From positions 97,238 to 161,237 of IMG/VR virus record IMGVR_UViG_3300046787_000130: DNA of 64,000 nucleotides. One strand, written 5' to 3'. A program made the translations under genes and the position numbers. The notes under the pieces are model-generated. The model had not been told where the DNA came from and ran no database searches. It was given only the letters and a program-made list of their open reading frames with translations. Source of the stretch: a virus. Of this stretch, positions 62,915 to 64,000 are shown piece after piece (position 1 is the first letter of the stretch; the number at the start of each line of letters is the position of its first letter).

Positions 62915-63255
62915 GTAAACTATCGGATGCAATTACTGCAACATTTACTGGTGAAACTGTGCATACAATGCAGTTTGTTGATATCGAAACTAACAGTATA
63001 TCTATGCCATCATATTCATCATACCCAACTTCTTATGTTTATAACGTAGAAGCAAGATTTGGTATGAGTAAAGTTGTTGACAAACCGTCACATCTTACAG
63101 AATGTCAAAAAGATATCAGGCGAGCAGTTATAGAAGAAGTCTTTGGCGAGTTTCGTCCATATCTATACAATATGCGAGCGGCATTGTATGATAGAGATGA
63201 CGGTAAGGTTCGCCGTTTACTAAATGAACTAGAAGAAAGAATGTTTGACGTATGA
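62911..63255 (+). CDS. Hypothetical protein
   Basis: IEEVFGEFR motif; ATGA coupling. Confidence 0.65.
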   Translation: MSKLSDAITATFTGETVHTMQFVDIETNSISMPSYSSYPTSYVYNVEARFGMSKVVDKPSHLTECQKDIRRAVIEEVFGEFRPYLYNMRAALYDRDDGKVRRLLNELEERMFDV

Positions 63256-63267
63256 AAGTAAGGATGC

Positions 63268-63651
63268 ATGATAATGGGAACTAATTATTACGTTGCGAAG
63301 AACAAATGTGATTGTTGCAATCGCTATGATGAAGAATTCCATATTGGCAAGTCTTCTGGTGGTTGGGCATTTACCTTTCAAGGCTACAAGTACGATGGTC
63401 TTGTTTCTTGGAAGTTTTACAAAGAATTTCTCAAAGATAAGATTATCATGGATGAGTATCATGACCGCATTGACTATGAAGATTTTGTGCGTTTGATAGA
63501 AACCGTCAAGTCACCAAACCATATCAACGCGCATAACGGAATCAAGAATCATCTTCATAATGATGCAGCGCGAAAGCAAGGTTATTTCAATCCTGAATAT
63601 GATTGGGATGATGAGGAGGGGTATTCTTTCTGTTCAAGGGAGTTTTCGTAA
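63268..63651 (+). CDS. Conserved phage hypothetical protein
   Basis: MGTNYY..C..C...HIGKSSGGW.F...DEY...D.EGYSF...EFS. Confidence 0.75.
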   Translation: MIMGTNYYVAKNKCDCCNRYDEEFHIGKSSGGWAFTFQGYKYDGLVSWKFYKEFLKDKIIMDEYHDRIDYEDFVRLIETVKSPNHINAHNGIKNHLHNDAARKQGYFNPEYDWDDEEGYSFCSREFS

Positions 63652-64000
63652 TGAACCGCGATGACATCATCCGCATGGCGTGATGGCGTGATTAACTTTT
63701 TGGGGACACTACTGATGATTGACACTGTTTCGTTGATGATTGTTTCCGCAATGCTTGGTGTGTGTCTAGGCATCTGGATTCAAAAGAAAACCATGCACAA
63801 TATTATGCGATGCAAGACTATTGACGGCACTGCTGAGCATATTGGCAATGGCGAGTTTGTGTATATTATGAAGTCGCAAGACTATCTTCGCATTGTGCTA
63901 GGAATTGAAGACAATGGCGCTTTGCGGTTGAGTAATGAGCAGGATAAAAACAATGGATAATCCAGTAAACACGCTTCGTGTTCTAGAACATAAAATGTTC

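Overview
A 64-kb segment of a large T4-like (Tevenvirinae/Kyanoviridae-style core) lytic phage genome, almost entirely + strand. The core replication and nucleotide genes are gp44, gp62, regA, dUTPase, gp43, uvsX, gp41, gp61, thyX, a class II B12 ribonucleotide reductase and a RuvC-like resolvase. Interleaved with them are: (i) an unusually large sugar-nucleotide and glycosylation repertoire, comprising a 7-kb operon with an NDP-sugar C-methyltransferase, UDP-glucose dehydrogenase, a decarboxylase-like SDR and four GT-like genes, plus rmlBACD, UDP-xylose synthase and a GT25/beta-propeller/TPR-FkbM module; (ii) a late block of virion-internal proteins carrying T4-type capsid-targeting N-termini, followed by GH19 endolysin and spanin genes; (iii) a 20-tRNA cluster preceded by a hammerhead-ribozyme-like element and interspersed with other structured RNAs; (iv) GC-richer early gene cassettes, each headed by a repeated IHF-site plus sigma70 promoter. 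By eye the sequence strongly avoids GATC, AGCT and GGCC, and nearly all surviving AGCT sites lie in CAGCTG. All calls are from reading the sequence and recalled family motifs; no searches or folding programs were run.
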